A DNA stretch of 64,000 nt from Candidatus Omnitrophota bacterium. Its GTDB lineage: Bacteria; Ratteibacteria; UBA8468; MWAK01. How positions within the stretch are numbered: the first letter of the stretch is position 1; each line of letters starts with the position of its first letter. Positions 48,565 through 58,625 of this stretch are shown here, in pieces. The position numbers and the translations under genes are program-made. The notes beneath the pieces were generated by a model. That model ran no database searches, was not told the origin of the DNA, and was given only the letters and a program-made list of their open reading frames with translations. The stretch is taken from assembly GCA_043826355.1 (NCBI GenBank), contig JBDRQI010000031.1, forward strand, positions 48,403 through 112,402, read 5' to 3'.

Positions 48565-48776
48565 CAATATAGGCGAACTCATTTGGTCTAAACCAGGACA
48601 AAAAAAAGACTTGAAAAGCCGAGAAATATCTCATTTTATGTCAGAAATATTAGACAAAAACTCAATATGGGTAAGAAAAAAGGTCAAAATAAAGATTTGA
48701 TTCAAGGGAAGGGGGTGAATGGTTATAGGCTAATATAGGAAGATAATCATTGTAACGTAATTATATTAGCAAATTC

Positions 48777-48799
48777 GCCCGTTTAAAACGGGCTTTTTT
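48777..48799 (+). terminator. Intrinsic terminator
   Basis: GCCCGTT-TAA-AACGGGC followed by T6. Confidence 0.65.
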
Positions 48800-49899
48800 A
48801 TTGTTTATAATCTACCTTTCGCTACATAACTGCTACATAATTCCCGCAGCCGCGCCACATTTCCCCTGCATTTTTTCCGTTTTCAGAGCCCTTTACTGTA
48901 GGTTATGATTTCCGCAAAGGCCATACTTGTGGATCAAAATATTATTATGGAAAAGGAGGGAATATGCAGGGACCAACGCCACTACGATTGGTTAGGGAAA
49001 TATGTTTGGATTGTGCATTGCTTCCATATAAATTCTTGCATTATCACAAGGTTAACGATTGGGCTAATAAGGGAGGAAACAAGGGGTTGCAAGTGAACGG
49101 GGCATACAGTGGGAATCAAGAGTTAATAATAACTTATTAGAAAAAAAGTAAGTATGAACATTAAAATTACTTAATTTAGATGGATACAAATTCAAGAAAC
49201 GTTCCTGTCCAGGTTATTAACCAACATAATCCAAGCACTATGAAAAATCTAAGAAGTAAATTGTCCGGCGGTGGTGAGGTTTATACCTGCTTCCCTTTTA
49301 TCAATAAGCCAGGAGCTTTACGCCCGGACAATCAATTGATCCTTCCGGCTCTGATTCGGCAACCTTGTCAACCGGAAGCCAAAGACTCCTCTATAGGAGT
49401 TCAAGGCAATCTTCGGCAGGAGGCGGGAAAGGTATGTAAAAGAGCATACCGTGCCGAACTAAAACTCAACCGGCCTCGGAGCGAATTAAGGGGTTTGCCC
49501 CGAAGAATAAAGAAAATTACCCTTCGTCTTTTTTAGATGATGAGTGCGTAATTTATATCTCTCTATCCTATACTTAAGACATAAAGAGATACTTCTAAAA
49601 AAGCCAGAAACTTCCCTACCATATCTTTGGTAGGAAGAAGGTTGACGATATGGTCGGGAAGAAAAAAGAGGTGAAAAGGTAGAACGGGACCATCTTAAAA
49701 CTTTTGGTTGCCGGTAAGGTTAACAAAACGGCTAAGGGTAGAGGGGGTGATCTAAATCGGTCAAAACAGGGTGCGTAGTGCGTAGAGAGACATGCCTTTA
49801 CCCGGAGAATTTAATTATGAATATGACTACTCAGCATGATAAGCCAGAATATTCCACAAAGATTGACTTTGCCGGAATATTTAACGGTTAACCGTAAAA

Positions 49900-50559
49900 A
49901 TGAAAAATAAGACACCGGAAAAATTTAATAGCGCTGTTTTCTCTTACATTAATAGCCCCATGCGCTGGATTGAATATTTGAAAAGAAAGCATGGGAAAGA
50001 AGCGTACAAACTTGCCTTCTTATACCGAGTAATTTGTGATTTAAGTTGGAAAAAAGGGGTTCAGCCTCAGTCTGGCCGGCCCTTAATAACCACCTATCGC
50101 GAACTGGGAGGTTTTTTCGGAATCAGCTATTCCAAGGTCAGAAAGCATCTGGAACGATTACAAAATACAGAACCATCACTGATAAGATTTGAGGTCCACG
50201 AAAGAGAGCCGGTAAAAATCTTTATAACTTTTCCTATACCCAAGCCCGCCTGCATACCACAAAATTTTCCTGAAGATGTTCCCAGAAATAAATCAGAAAA
50301 CAACGTAACCCGGGAACAAAATAATGAAATCTTTGATTTAATGAAGAAGTTCCAGATTAATTCTGAATCAGAAGACGTTTTTATTAAAGACGTTACAGGC
50401 AAAAAGAAACTACCAAAAAATTTAACGAAAGAAGAGGCTGAAAAAGTGATTAGGAAGATAAAAGAATACTGTTCCCACATAGAAGGGGAACAACAGAGTG
50501 TTCCTAGTATAGAGGAAACAGAGAGTGTTCCCTGTATAGGGGGAACATATAAAGAGTAA
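49900..50559 (+). CDS. Hypothetical protein with a probable HTH, mobile-element associated
   Basis: TYRELGGFFGISYSKVRKHLERL. Confidence 0.55.
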   Translation: MKNKTPEKFNSAVFSYINSPMRWIEYLKRKHGKEAYKLAFLYRVICDLSWKKGVQPQSGRPLITTYRELGGFFGISYSKVRKHLERLQNTEPSLIRFEVHEREPVKIFITFPIPKPACIPQNFPEDVPRNKSENNVTREQNNEIFDLMKKFQINSESEDVFIKDVTGKKKLPKNLTKEEAEKVIRKIKEYCSHIEGEQQSVPSIEETESVPCIGGTYKE

Positions 50560-50613
50560 TATGCTTTTTAATGGAAGGTGTTTTAGTAATAGAAAACATT
50601 AAAAGAGAGAATA

Positions 50614-51993
50614 ATGGAGAAACGACTGTTGGATATTAATGAAGCCTCCGGATACTTGGGGACACCGGTCGAGGATACCTGGATTTTACGTCAGAGGGCA
50701 AAAAGTTATAAAATAGAGACAACTGTAACCTGGCTCTTTGACAATCTGCGGTTTTGGTTTTCAGGAGAGAGCCTCCCAAAGAATCGGGAGGTTCAGATGT
50801 CTCTTTATAAGCGCACACGAAGCAGATACATATACATTAACATCTCCTACGGCGGAAAGAGAACACGGGTCACTAGCCGGTGTGAGAACAAAAGGGATGC
50901 AAATAAAGTAAAACTTTTGCTTCTCACCAGATTGATTCAGAGCACCTCTCCTACCGATCGGATGTTCCAAAATGTTTCTCTTTCACCGAAACCAGTATTA
51001 CCAACCTTTACAGACGCCTCAGGGCAGTACCTGAAGGAAATGTGTCAGGGTAAGAAAATCGCCTGGAAACGAGAGGCTCTCTGCCACCGGGACATGGTTC
51101 CTTTCTTCGGGGAACAAAGGATTGACCAAATAACTCCACAACTTGTGATGAAATGGCGAGAAGAGGAGATGCAGAGAATTGTGCGGGGAGGAAAACAGAT
51201 TTCTCCCAGGAGTGTCAACTACAACCTCGGGTATCTTAAGCGGCTTTTTAACTACACTGTTGATATCCAAGGGTGGTTGAAGGAAAATCCTGCCATCAGA
51301 ATAAAGCCCCTGCCTGAAAAGAAAAGGGAAGTCCAAGTGGTTTCCGAAGAGGAGGAACAGAAACTTCTGGATGCCTGCGAGCATCCTTGGTTGAAGCGAT
51401 TGCTCATCTTCGGCAGCGAAACAGGATTCAGAAACGGTGAGGTTGCTTCGTTAAGGACGGGCGACTTTTATCTGGATTATGGGATTCCTCACTTTAAAAA
51501 AGAGAGGGAGAAAAATAAAGTCCTAACTGAATTTCCCATTGTTTCAGAAAGACTCACCAAAGTGATTCAAGAACAGATGTCCGCATACAGAACCACTGAC
51601 TACTTTTTCGTTGATGGAAATGGAAAATCCCTCAACATACACAATATAAATTACTGGATTAAGAAAACAGCCAAAAAAGCCGGCATCAAAAGTATAATCT
51701 TCCACTCACTTCGAAAAACATTCTGTAGCAGGCTGAACTGGCTGGGATGCAACAAAATGTTTATTGAGTATCTTATGGGTCACACGGTAAAGGGAATAGA
51801 GTCCCATTACCTGGCGCAAAACCTAACCAGACTACAAGAAGAATTACAACGGGTGGAGGAAATAAAGAAGAATCGTGTCACACACCTGTCACACTTTGAG
51901 AAAATGGAAGGGATTCCGGTTTCTGTCAAAACTGCGGAAACCGTTGTAGGACAAATGGTTTCACCTATGGAGAGGTCGCATAGCCCGGTTTAG
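50614..51993 (+). CDS. Tyrosine integrase (probable start 50797, MSLYKR; upstream in-frame Xis-like remnant)
   Basis: GFRNGE, FHSLRKT, LMGH, HY catalytic motifs; GGGAGG before 50797. Confidence 0.88.
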   Translation: MEKRLLDINEASGYLGTPVEDTWILRQRAKSYKIETTVTWLFDNLRFWFSGESLPKNREVQMSLYKRTRSRYIYINISYGGKRTRVTSRCENKRDANKVKLLLLTRLIQSTSPTDRMFQNVSLSPKPVLPTFTDASGQYLKEMCQGKKIAWKREALCHRDMVPFFGEQRIDQITPQLVMKWREEEMQRIVRGGKQISPRSVNYNLGYLKRLFNYTVDIQGWLKENPAIRIKPLPEKKREVQVVSEEEEQKLLDACEHPWLKRLLIFGSETGFRNGEVASLRTGDFYLDYGIPHFKKEREKNKVLTEFPIVSERLTKVIQEQMSAYRTTDYFFVDGNGKSLNIHNINYWIKKTAKKAGIKSIIFHSLRKTFCSRLNWLGCNKMFIEYLMGHTVKGIESHYLAQNLTRLQEELQRVEEIKKNRVTHLSHFEKMEGIPVSVKTAETVVGQMVSPMERSHSPV

Positions 51994-52013
51994 TGCGGCG
52001 GATTGCTAATCCG
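51969..52013 (+). other. 5' half of tRNA-Ser(GCT), att-site remnant
   Basis: GGAGAGG, D arm, CGGA-TTGCTAA-TCCG; no variable arm, T arm or 3' acceptor strand follows. Confidence 0.8.
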
Positions 52014-52428
52014 ATTCTACCGTTTTTCGCCATTCCGCAAAAACACTCACAAAATCGTCAAATCCATTGTCATTCTTTCGTCTCCGCATTGTTTCTGTTT
52101 TAGGTTCTGTCAGGTCAATTTAGGCCGTTTTAGGGGTCTTATGGACACTTTTTGGACACCAGAAAAGTGCCAAAATAACGTCGGATTGCCACTCCGGCGG
52201 AGGGAAAATTTTGGCTTTTTTCAGCCGTTTTTTGCATTTACCCCCCTACTCTTTAACGGCAATGCCTCCCAATGAATAAGCGTAATCTAATATAATCAGA
52301 TACAATCGGATATAGTTGATGTATCCGATTATTTTGGGCTTCCGGAACGCATCATCCTCGAGGTGGTGTAATCAAAAAGGTTACGATTGTAACCGAAACG
52401 GTTACAGGGGTTTACCCCACTCCTCTTC

Positions 52429-52488
52429 TTGACTTATCAAATCGGATACTTTAAACTAAAGGTAAGAATAATTCTAATGTTTAGTTTA
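52429..52488 (+). promoter_or_regulatory. AbiE promoter (TTGACT-17-TAAACT) with overlapping inverted repeat
   Basis: TAAACTAAA (52452) and TTTAGTTTA (52480). Confidence 0.6.
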
Positions 52489-53078
52489 TGAAATACGGGA
52501 AAAAGCCAATTTCAGAGATTTTACGCTCAAAGAATACGGTCTTTACTTTCAAAGATATTTCTTTAATTTGGGGTGATACCGACAGGAGCACCGCAATTGC
52601 CGGCGTTAATTATTATGTAAAAACAGGTGTTCTTTATAGGATTCGCCGGGGTGTTTACGCAAAGGACAAAAATTACGACAAATTGGAACTCGCCGCAAAA
52701 ATCTATAATCCTTCCTACGTCAGTTTTGAAACCGTCCTGACAAAGGCCGGAATCGTGTTTCAGTTTTACACGCAGATTTTCGTGGCATCATATCTGACAC
52801 GGGAAATAATCGCTGACAAACAAATCTACTCGTATAAGAAGATCAAGAATTCTGTTCTGACCAATCAAGCCGGAATAGAAAGAAGAAACAACTACGCCAT
52901 CGCCTCTGCCGAAAGGGCGTTCCTGGATGTTCTCTACCTGAACAAAGATTACCATTTTGATAATTTATCTTCCCTTGATTGGGATAAAGTTTTTGAGATT
53001 TTACCCATCTACGCTAATAAACGAATGGAAAAAAAAGTAGAAGAATATCAAAAGGCGTCTAAATCTGGCGTCAAATAA
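52488..53078 (+). CDS. AbiEi-family antitoxin
   Basis: LYRIRRGVY, PSYVSFET, IASAERAFLD. Confidence 0.82.
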   Translation: MKYGKKPISEILRSKNTVFTFKDISLIWGDTDRSTAIAGVNYYVKTGVLYRIRRGVYAKDKNYDKLELAAKIYNPSYVSFETVLTKAGIVFQFYTQIFVASYLTREIIADKQIYSYKKIKNSVLTNQAGIERRNNYAIASAERAFLDVLYLNKDYHFDNLSSLDWDKVFEILPIYANKRMEKKVEEYQKASKSGVK

Positions 53079-53082
53079 TCCT

Positions 53083-53781
53083 ATGACCTTACACATAACA
53101 AACCACAGAACCATATTGCTTCAAATCCTAAAAGACATTTATACAGACACTACACTCGGTCCTGTTCTGGGTTTCAAAGGAGGCACCGCCGCTCATTTCT
53201 TTTACGATCTGGGTCGTTTTTCGGTTGACCTTGATTTTGACCTGCTGGACGAAACCAAAGAGGCTTATGTTTTTGAGAAAATAAAAAAGATACTACAGGG
53301 CTTCGGAACGATAAAGGAAGAATATAAAAAGCGACACACGCTCTTCTTTATTCTTTCGTATGACGACAAATCGCAGAATATCAAGGTAGAAGTCAACCGA
53401 AGGATTTTCGGTTCCCGCTATGAATTAAAAAACTATCTCGGCATTTCAATGCTGGTAATGGTTAAAGAAGACATGTTTGCCCATAAATTGGTTGCCATGC
53501 TTGAACGTACCAAAATCGCCAACCGCGATGTTTTTGATGTCTGGTTTTTCTTGAAAAACAACTGGCCAGTCAACAAGGAAATCGTGGAGAAGCGGACAGG
53601 GATGGATTTTCAGAAATATCTCAGCAAATCTACCAAGTTTGTGGAATCGTTGAGCGACCGCAGCATTCTGGCCGGTATGGGTGAACTTTTGAACACAAAA
53701 CAGAAGGCTTGGGCAAAAACGCATTTGCGGAAAGACGTTTTGTTTTTATTGAAAATTCGACTGGAGCAGGAGAAAGAATAA
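53083..53781 (+). CDS. AbiEii-family nucleotidyltransferase toxin
   Basis: FKGGTA, RFSVDLDFD, KLVA..R...RDVFD. Confidence 0.88.
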   Translation: MTLHITNHRTILLQILKDIYTDTTLGPVLGFKGGTAAHFFYDLGRFSVDLDFDLLDETKEAYVFEKIKKILQGFGTIKEEYKKRHTLFFILSYDDKSQNIKVEVNRRIFGSRYELKNYLGISMLVMVKEDMFAHKLVAMLERTKIANRDVFDVWFFLKNNWPVNKEIVEKRTGMDFQKYLSKSTKFVESLSDRSILAGMGELLNTKQKAWAKTHLRKDVLFLLKIRLEQEKE

Positions 53782-53782
53782 T

Positions 53783-54637
53783 ATGTCCGATTTGATCAGT
53801 AAAAAAACTCGCACGGAGCTTCGTGAGTACTTCGTAGGAACAACGCTACGCGAAATCTCTGAAGAATTCGACGCGGCCGATGTACCCGTAGACTCAAATT
53901 ACACACCGCCTGTACCGGGCCAACGCCGTTCTTTGGTTGAACAATACTATTATGTCATAGACTTCACCTCTTGGCGGGATGTACAGAAGATTCTACGCGT
54001 GTTCGAGAATGTGCTACTTGCTCTTGATGAAAAAATTAAACACCCAATGTCGGGAACAAGAGATGAATATGCAGAACGGAAGCTTTCAATCTTGGTGCGG
54101 TGTCTCGAGCGCGATGGGTTCATATGGGAAAATGGGAAGATATCTACGGTAGCCCATAACCCCACAATAGACGAACTAACTGAGGTCGCTGGCGCCTTCG
54201 ACAGTCGAATTTTGAGGCAGCAGATTGATCGAATCAGAAATGCAATTGAAGATGATCCTGACCTTGCGATTGGCACCTCCAAAGAACTCCTGGAAACCGC
54301 ATGCAAGACAATCCTGGCTGACTACGGAGTGACTGCTGACGTAAACTGGGATTTAACCCGGTTAGTTAAGGAGGTCAGGGTGGTTCTCGAGTTAGTTCCA
54401 GAGGATGTTCCGGACAGCGCGAAAGGTTCAGAGACAATCAAACGCATTCTTGGTAGCCTTGCACAGATTCCTCAAGGAATTGCAGAGCTAAGAAATCTTT
54501 ACGGTACAGGACACGGCAAAGATGGTGCATTCAAAGGTTTGGCAACACGGCATGCTCGTTTGGCGGCTGGTTGCGCAACCACACTGGCAAGTTTTCTCTT
54601 TGAAACACACGAATCCCGCAAAGAGAAAGCGATTTGA
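53783..54637 (+). CDS. Abortive infection protein with Abi_C domain
   Basis: AIGTSKELLETACK, ELRNLYGTGHG, HARLA. Confidence 0.8.
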   Translation: MSDLISKKTRTELREYFVGTTLREISEEFDAADVPVDSNYTPPVPGQRRSLVEQYYYVIDFTSWRDVQKILRVFENVLLALDEKIKHPMSGTRDEYAERKLSILVRCLERDGFIWENGKISTVAHNPTIDELTEVAGAFDSRILRQQIDRIRNAIEDDPDLAIGTSKELLETACKTILADYGVTADVNWDLTRLVKEVRVVLELVPEDVPDSAKGSETIKRILGSLAQIPQGIAELRNLYGTGHGKDGAFKGLATRHARLAAGCATTLASFLFETHESRKEKAI

Positions 54638-54667
54638 GGTATATAAATTGCTCCAATAGAGGTTGAT

Positions 54668-54989
54668 ATGGGATTTTTTTTAATACCTTACGGTAAAGGA
54701 ACAGGGAAGTATTGGTTGATAGGAATTTTTGTGGTGATTTTTTTAAGTGTAACTATTGGGGGGTGAGGATTTGACCAAAGGATTAAATTCCGGTCAAATA
54801 ACCAATCCTTTCCTACGCTCACTGGCAATACTTATACATCCGTTTTATGTTGGAAGCGTAAGACTTTTGAATTTTATTATTCATTGGGGAATCTTGGCGA
54901 TTTTTGCAATATTTATTGTTGTAACATTGAGTATCTTTATCGTTCTGGGATTGATCTCTATTTTCAGGAAAGCGGTGAATAAATCCTGA
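54668..54989 (+). CDS. Small membrane protein; frameshift in a G run at 54758-54763
   Basis: GAGG RBS; two hydrophobic ORF halves one base out of frame. Confidence 0.5.
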
Positions 54990-55034
54990 ATTCTTTTGTG
55001 GTTAGTACCATGGACGTTGTTTGTGGGTATCCTC

Positions 55035-55919
55035 ATGAAAGCAGACGATTTTTATTATTCGCAACGCAAGGAAAAACAAGGCGGACCCAAATTCGAAATT
55101 TCTTCTAACTTTTGGGTTGCATTCCTGACCTATTTTGAACGTTTAAAAAGAGAGGAATACTTCTGCAAATCCTTTCCGTCTTATTGCCCCGGCGAAATCG
55201 TAGCTGGTACAAACAATTCTGCAATAACTGAACGCGTAAAAGAAGAATTCGGCAGGATATATTGGCCTCCGGAAGAAGATCGGTTGCCGGGTGGAAATGA
55301 ATACGTTTTTAATGTAATCGAATTTATTTACAGATATCTCGCAAAACCAACAAAATGGCAAAATTGTGAATATTGCGAATATTCCCACCCAGAAGAATAT
55401 GACGTTAGTCAGGGTAGGTATGAATATACCATTGTCGTAAACCAAACGTTTTCCCGATTTAATCATCCTTTCAAGTTAAATAAAGGAAAAATTGGACATC
55501 TTACTTCTGAGGCGCTTGATGCAAGAGTGTTATCAACTAATCTTAACACAAACGATTATCATCTGAAAAAGTTACTAGAAAGAGCGCTCGATAATTTTTA
55601 TGATCGCACAGGTAAAAAGAAATTGGACGGTTTACGAAATTTGGTGGACGTGTTTGAACGACTAAAAACTTTGGAAAATCCGGACAAGAAAAAAAGCGTA
55701 GATATAGTAATGGAAAAAATATCTTATGCACCCGACATAATTCCACATTTTGACTCTCATTTCAGAAAGATGACCGAATTGGCAAATAAATATACAATTA
55801 GACACCATGAAAAGGATAAAATAACCCTAGAAGATGAATCGCTAATAGATTTTCTCTTTTACGGTTACTATAATCTCATTCGCCTGTTACTCGAGAAATA
55901 TAAATTGCTTAATGAATAA
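55035..55919 (+). CDS. AbiJ-like protein with a probable HEPN-type C-terminus
   Basis: FNVIEF, N..F.R, DVFERLK, NKYTIRHHE. Confidence 0.6.
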   Translation: MKADDFYYSQRKEKQGGPKFEISSNFWVAFLTYFERLKREEYFCKSFPSYCPGEIVAGTNNSAITERVKEEFGRIYWPPEEDRLPGGNEYVFNVIEFIYRYLAKPTKWQNCEYCEYSHPEEYDVSQGRYEYTIVVNQTFSRFNHPFKLNKGKIGHLTSEALDARVLSTNLNTNDYHLKKLLERALDNFYDRTGKKKLDGLRNLVDVFERLKTLENPDKKKSVDIVMEKISYAPDIIPHFDSHFRKMTELANKYTIRHHEKDKITLEDESLIDFLFYGYYNLIRLLLEKYKLLNE

Positions 55920-55949
55920 TCAATCACTGAACGTTATGCCAGACAAGAA

Positions 55950-56696
55950 ATGAGAGAACTGCCTACGAATTATCCTAGGAACATCTGCGCATATTGCGGC
56001 GCGACTGATGGTTTGACCAAAGATCATATTCCACCCGAACAAATTTTTCCAAGTCCTCGTCCTTCCAATCTGATTACCGTACCTACTTGTGGTAACTGTC
56101 ACTCTGATACTTCAAAAGATGATGAATATTTTCGTCTTAAGGTGTGTCTTCGTGAAGATGCCGGAAATCACCCAAAAGCTCGTAAGAATTGGGATGCAAT
56201 TTTCCGTTCGCTTAACCGGATGGAAGCAAGCGGATTTCAAAAATCATTTTTCGCCGATATGCATAACGTTCAATTGAGCACGCCGGCTGGCATCTTTATT
56301 GGTCAACAGTTAGGTTACGATGTTAACATGATTCGTATCAGACGGGTTGTAGAACGCATCACGCGGGGTCTCTATTTCGCCGAACGTGGCAGTTTCTTAG
56401 GATTTCACAACGAGGTTCGCGTGCATGCAGATGAAGATCTTCACCAAGAAACGAAGAAGGTGCTAGACGAACTAAGCAAAAACGTCTTGCTTCCGCTCGC
56501 GGCCCAAACACCAAAAATTATCGGGGACAATGTCTTTTCGTACAGATTTCATATAACCGACGAAAATCCAGCATACTCGGTTTGGGGGTTCAGTTTCTAT
56601 GGGTCCGTTCCTTTCTTGTGTTTTACCGGACCTGGTTCAAATTCTGAAGTAGGGTTGGATAGATGCCAGAATGGATATTTTACGGACACCGAGTGA
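55950..56696 (+). CDS. HNH endonuclease domain protein
   Basis: CAYC..TKDHIPP...VPTCGNC. Confidence 0.75.
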   Translation: MRELPTNYPRNICAYCGATDGLTKDHIPPEQIFPSPRPSNLITVPTCGNCHSDTSKDDEYFRLKVCLREDAGNHPKARKNWDAIFRSLNRMEASGFQKSFFADMHNVQLSTPAGIFIGQQLGYDVNMIRIRRVVERITRGLYFAERGSFLGFHNEVRVHADEDLHQETKKVLDELSKNVLLPLAAQTPKIIGDNVFSYRFHITDENPAYSVWGFSFYGSVPFLCFTGPGSNSEVGLDRCQNGYFTDTE

Positions 56697-56855
56697 TTTT
56701 TACTTCAAGTGGTCCATAACTTATTACTCAGTCGGAATTGCCAATCTTTACCATTATTAACTTTTCCGAATTAGAATGATTACATATAACAAGGTAACAA
56801 ATGAAAATAATTACTACTGTAGGGTTTTGACAGTAAACATTAGGGGTGTAATTAC

Positions 56856-58427
56856 ATGAAGAATCAGGTTGATCAAATCAACGCTGTCCCTTCAAAAAGG
56901 CTCTTTCTGTCAATAATTGCCGATTATGACCTAAATCGGTCTATTTGTGAACTTATTGACAATGCTCTCGATATTTGGATTAAAAGCGGAAAAAGCCATC
57001 AAATTGAAATTAATATAGACCTAAATAAAGACCAGCAGACTATACAAGTTTCTGATAACGCTGGAGGTGTAAAGAAAAGTGATTTACATTTCATTGTGGG
57101 CCCTGGACAAACAGGTAATGTGCCTTCTGACGAAATCGTTGGAATTTTCGGTGTAGGAACTAAGAGAGCGGTTGTTGCCCTAGCACAGGATATAAAGATT
57201 AAGACACGTTTCGGGAAAAATGAAACTTATCAGGTGGAGTTTGATGAAGATTGGTTGCAAGACGAAAATTGGGAACTGCCCGTATATCAGGTAGATAACA
57301 TTGCAGAAGGGATTACTTTTGTGGAATTGCAGAAACTTAGAATCAAAGTAACCGAGGAAGCACTAACCCAACTTAAAGAACATCTACAAGCAACATATGC
57401 ACGTTTTTTATGTAACAGCAAGGTAACGATTAAATTAAATTCAAATTATTTACAACCGCGTGATTTTGAAAATTGGGCATATCCTCCAGGATTTTCTCCG
57501 CGAAAATATTTCGGTGTTTTATCAACAGATGATGACAAAATAGTTAAAGTTGAAGTACTTGCCGGACTTACAAAGGAATCTAGTCCTGCAGGCGGAGAAT
57601 ATGGGGTTTATTTTTATTGTAATAACCGTTTGGTTGCAAGGGGTCTCAAAAATTATGATGTAGGATTTACAAAAGGATTGGCTGGACAGCCACACCCAAG
57701 TATTTCTTTGACCAGAGTTATCGTGTCGCTCAGTGGAGAAGCAACACTAATGCCTTGGAATAGCAGTAAGTCCGGAATAAATCCAAATCATCATGTTTTC
57801 ACTGCGCTTCGTAATTGGCTTGTGCAAGTCGTTAAAGATTATGCGTCCCTTTCTCGTAGATTTGAGGGAAATTGGCCTGAAAAGGTGTTTAAATATCAAG
57901 CGGGTGAGATTGTTGAGTGTAAAATCGACAATTTTCCAAAGGCGAAAAAATCATACCTTCCGCCACTACCTAAATCAAAACCGCGCTACAGCGATTTAGT
58001 AAAACAAGCAAACCGAAAAACAGCAGAAAAGAAACCTTGGACTGTGGGACTTTACGAAGGGATGATTGGAGTAGACATAATTTTCAATCAGAAATTAGAG
58101 CAAAAAAACCGTATCTGTCTTATTTTTTTGGACAGCATTATAGAAATTGCATTCAAGGAATTTCTTGTTAATGATTCGGGAAAATATTATAGTGACACTC
58201 AGTTACGTGCATTATTTAACATGCGAAAAAATGTTCAAGATGAGGTAAAAAAATATAAAAAATTGACCGATTCAACATGGAAAAAGATTAACTATTATTA
58301 TCAACTTCGTTGTAAATTAATCCACGAACGTGCTACTGTTTCAATAAGTGATGGCCAAGTCGGAAATTACCGTAGAGTAGTTCAGGATGTGCTTAAAAAA
58401 ATATTTGGCCTTAGATTTAACATTTGA
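56856..58427 (+). CDS. GHKL (MORC/Hsp90-like) ATPase with a C-terminal HEPN-like domain
   Basis: ELIDNALD, DNAGG, GIFGVGTK; C-terminal DSIIE and LRCKLIH. Confidence 0.75.
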   Translation: MKNQVDQINAVPSKRLFLSIIADYDLNRSICELIDNALDIWIKSGKSHQIEINIDLNKDQQTIQVSDNAGGVKKSDLHFIVGPGQTGNVPSDEIVGIFGVGTKRAVVALAQDIKIKTRFGKNETYQVEFDEDWLQDENWELPVYQVDNIAEGITFVELQKLRIKVTEEALTQLKEHLQATYARFLCNSKVTIKLNSNYLQPRDFENWAYPPGFSPRKYFGVLSTDDDKIVKVEVLAGLTKESSPAGGEYGVYFYCNNRLVARGLKNYDVGFTKGLAGQPHPSISLTRVIVSLSGEATLMPWNSSKSGINPNHHVFTALRNWLVQVVKDYASLSRRFEGNWPEKVFKYQAGEIVECKIDNFPKAKKSYLPPLPKSKPRYSDLVKQANRKTAEKKPWTVGLYEGMIGVDIIFNQKLEQKNRICLIFLDSIIEIAFKEFLVNDSGKYYSDTQLRALFNMRKNVQDEVKKYKKLTDSTWKKINYYYQLRCKLIHERATVSISDGQVGNYRRVVQDVLKKIFGLRFNI

Positions 58428-58625
58428 CGGTTTTCTTTTTCTTGTGCTATATTATCTCCCGAAGTTCATCTTTCATCAGTAAAGTGAAATTCCTCGTTAT
58501 CTGCTCCGCTCCCAAAGTTCCTGTCTAACCCGCATTTTTCCTTCAATTTTTGCAATTGTTGTAACCCGTATTAAATAATCTGCTGTGGTACTTTTCTGCC
58601 TTTTTTTATTATTAGTCCTACCTCT

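Noticed and set aside
48747..48776. dif/Xer site
   Set aside because: The reverse strand gives TAA-TATAA-TTACGTTAC with a 5-bp centre and mismatched arms; not convincing.
48905..49536. ORFs 48905-49096 and 49180-49536
   Set aside because: No recognisable motifs in an AT-rich, degraded-looking region.
51969..52013. Functional tRNA-Ser gene
   Set aside because: No variable arm, T arm or 3' acceptor strand.
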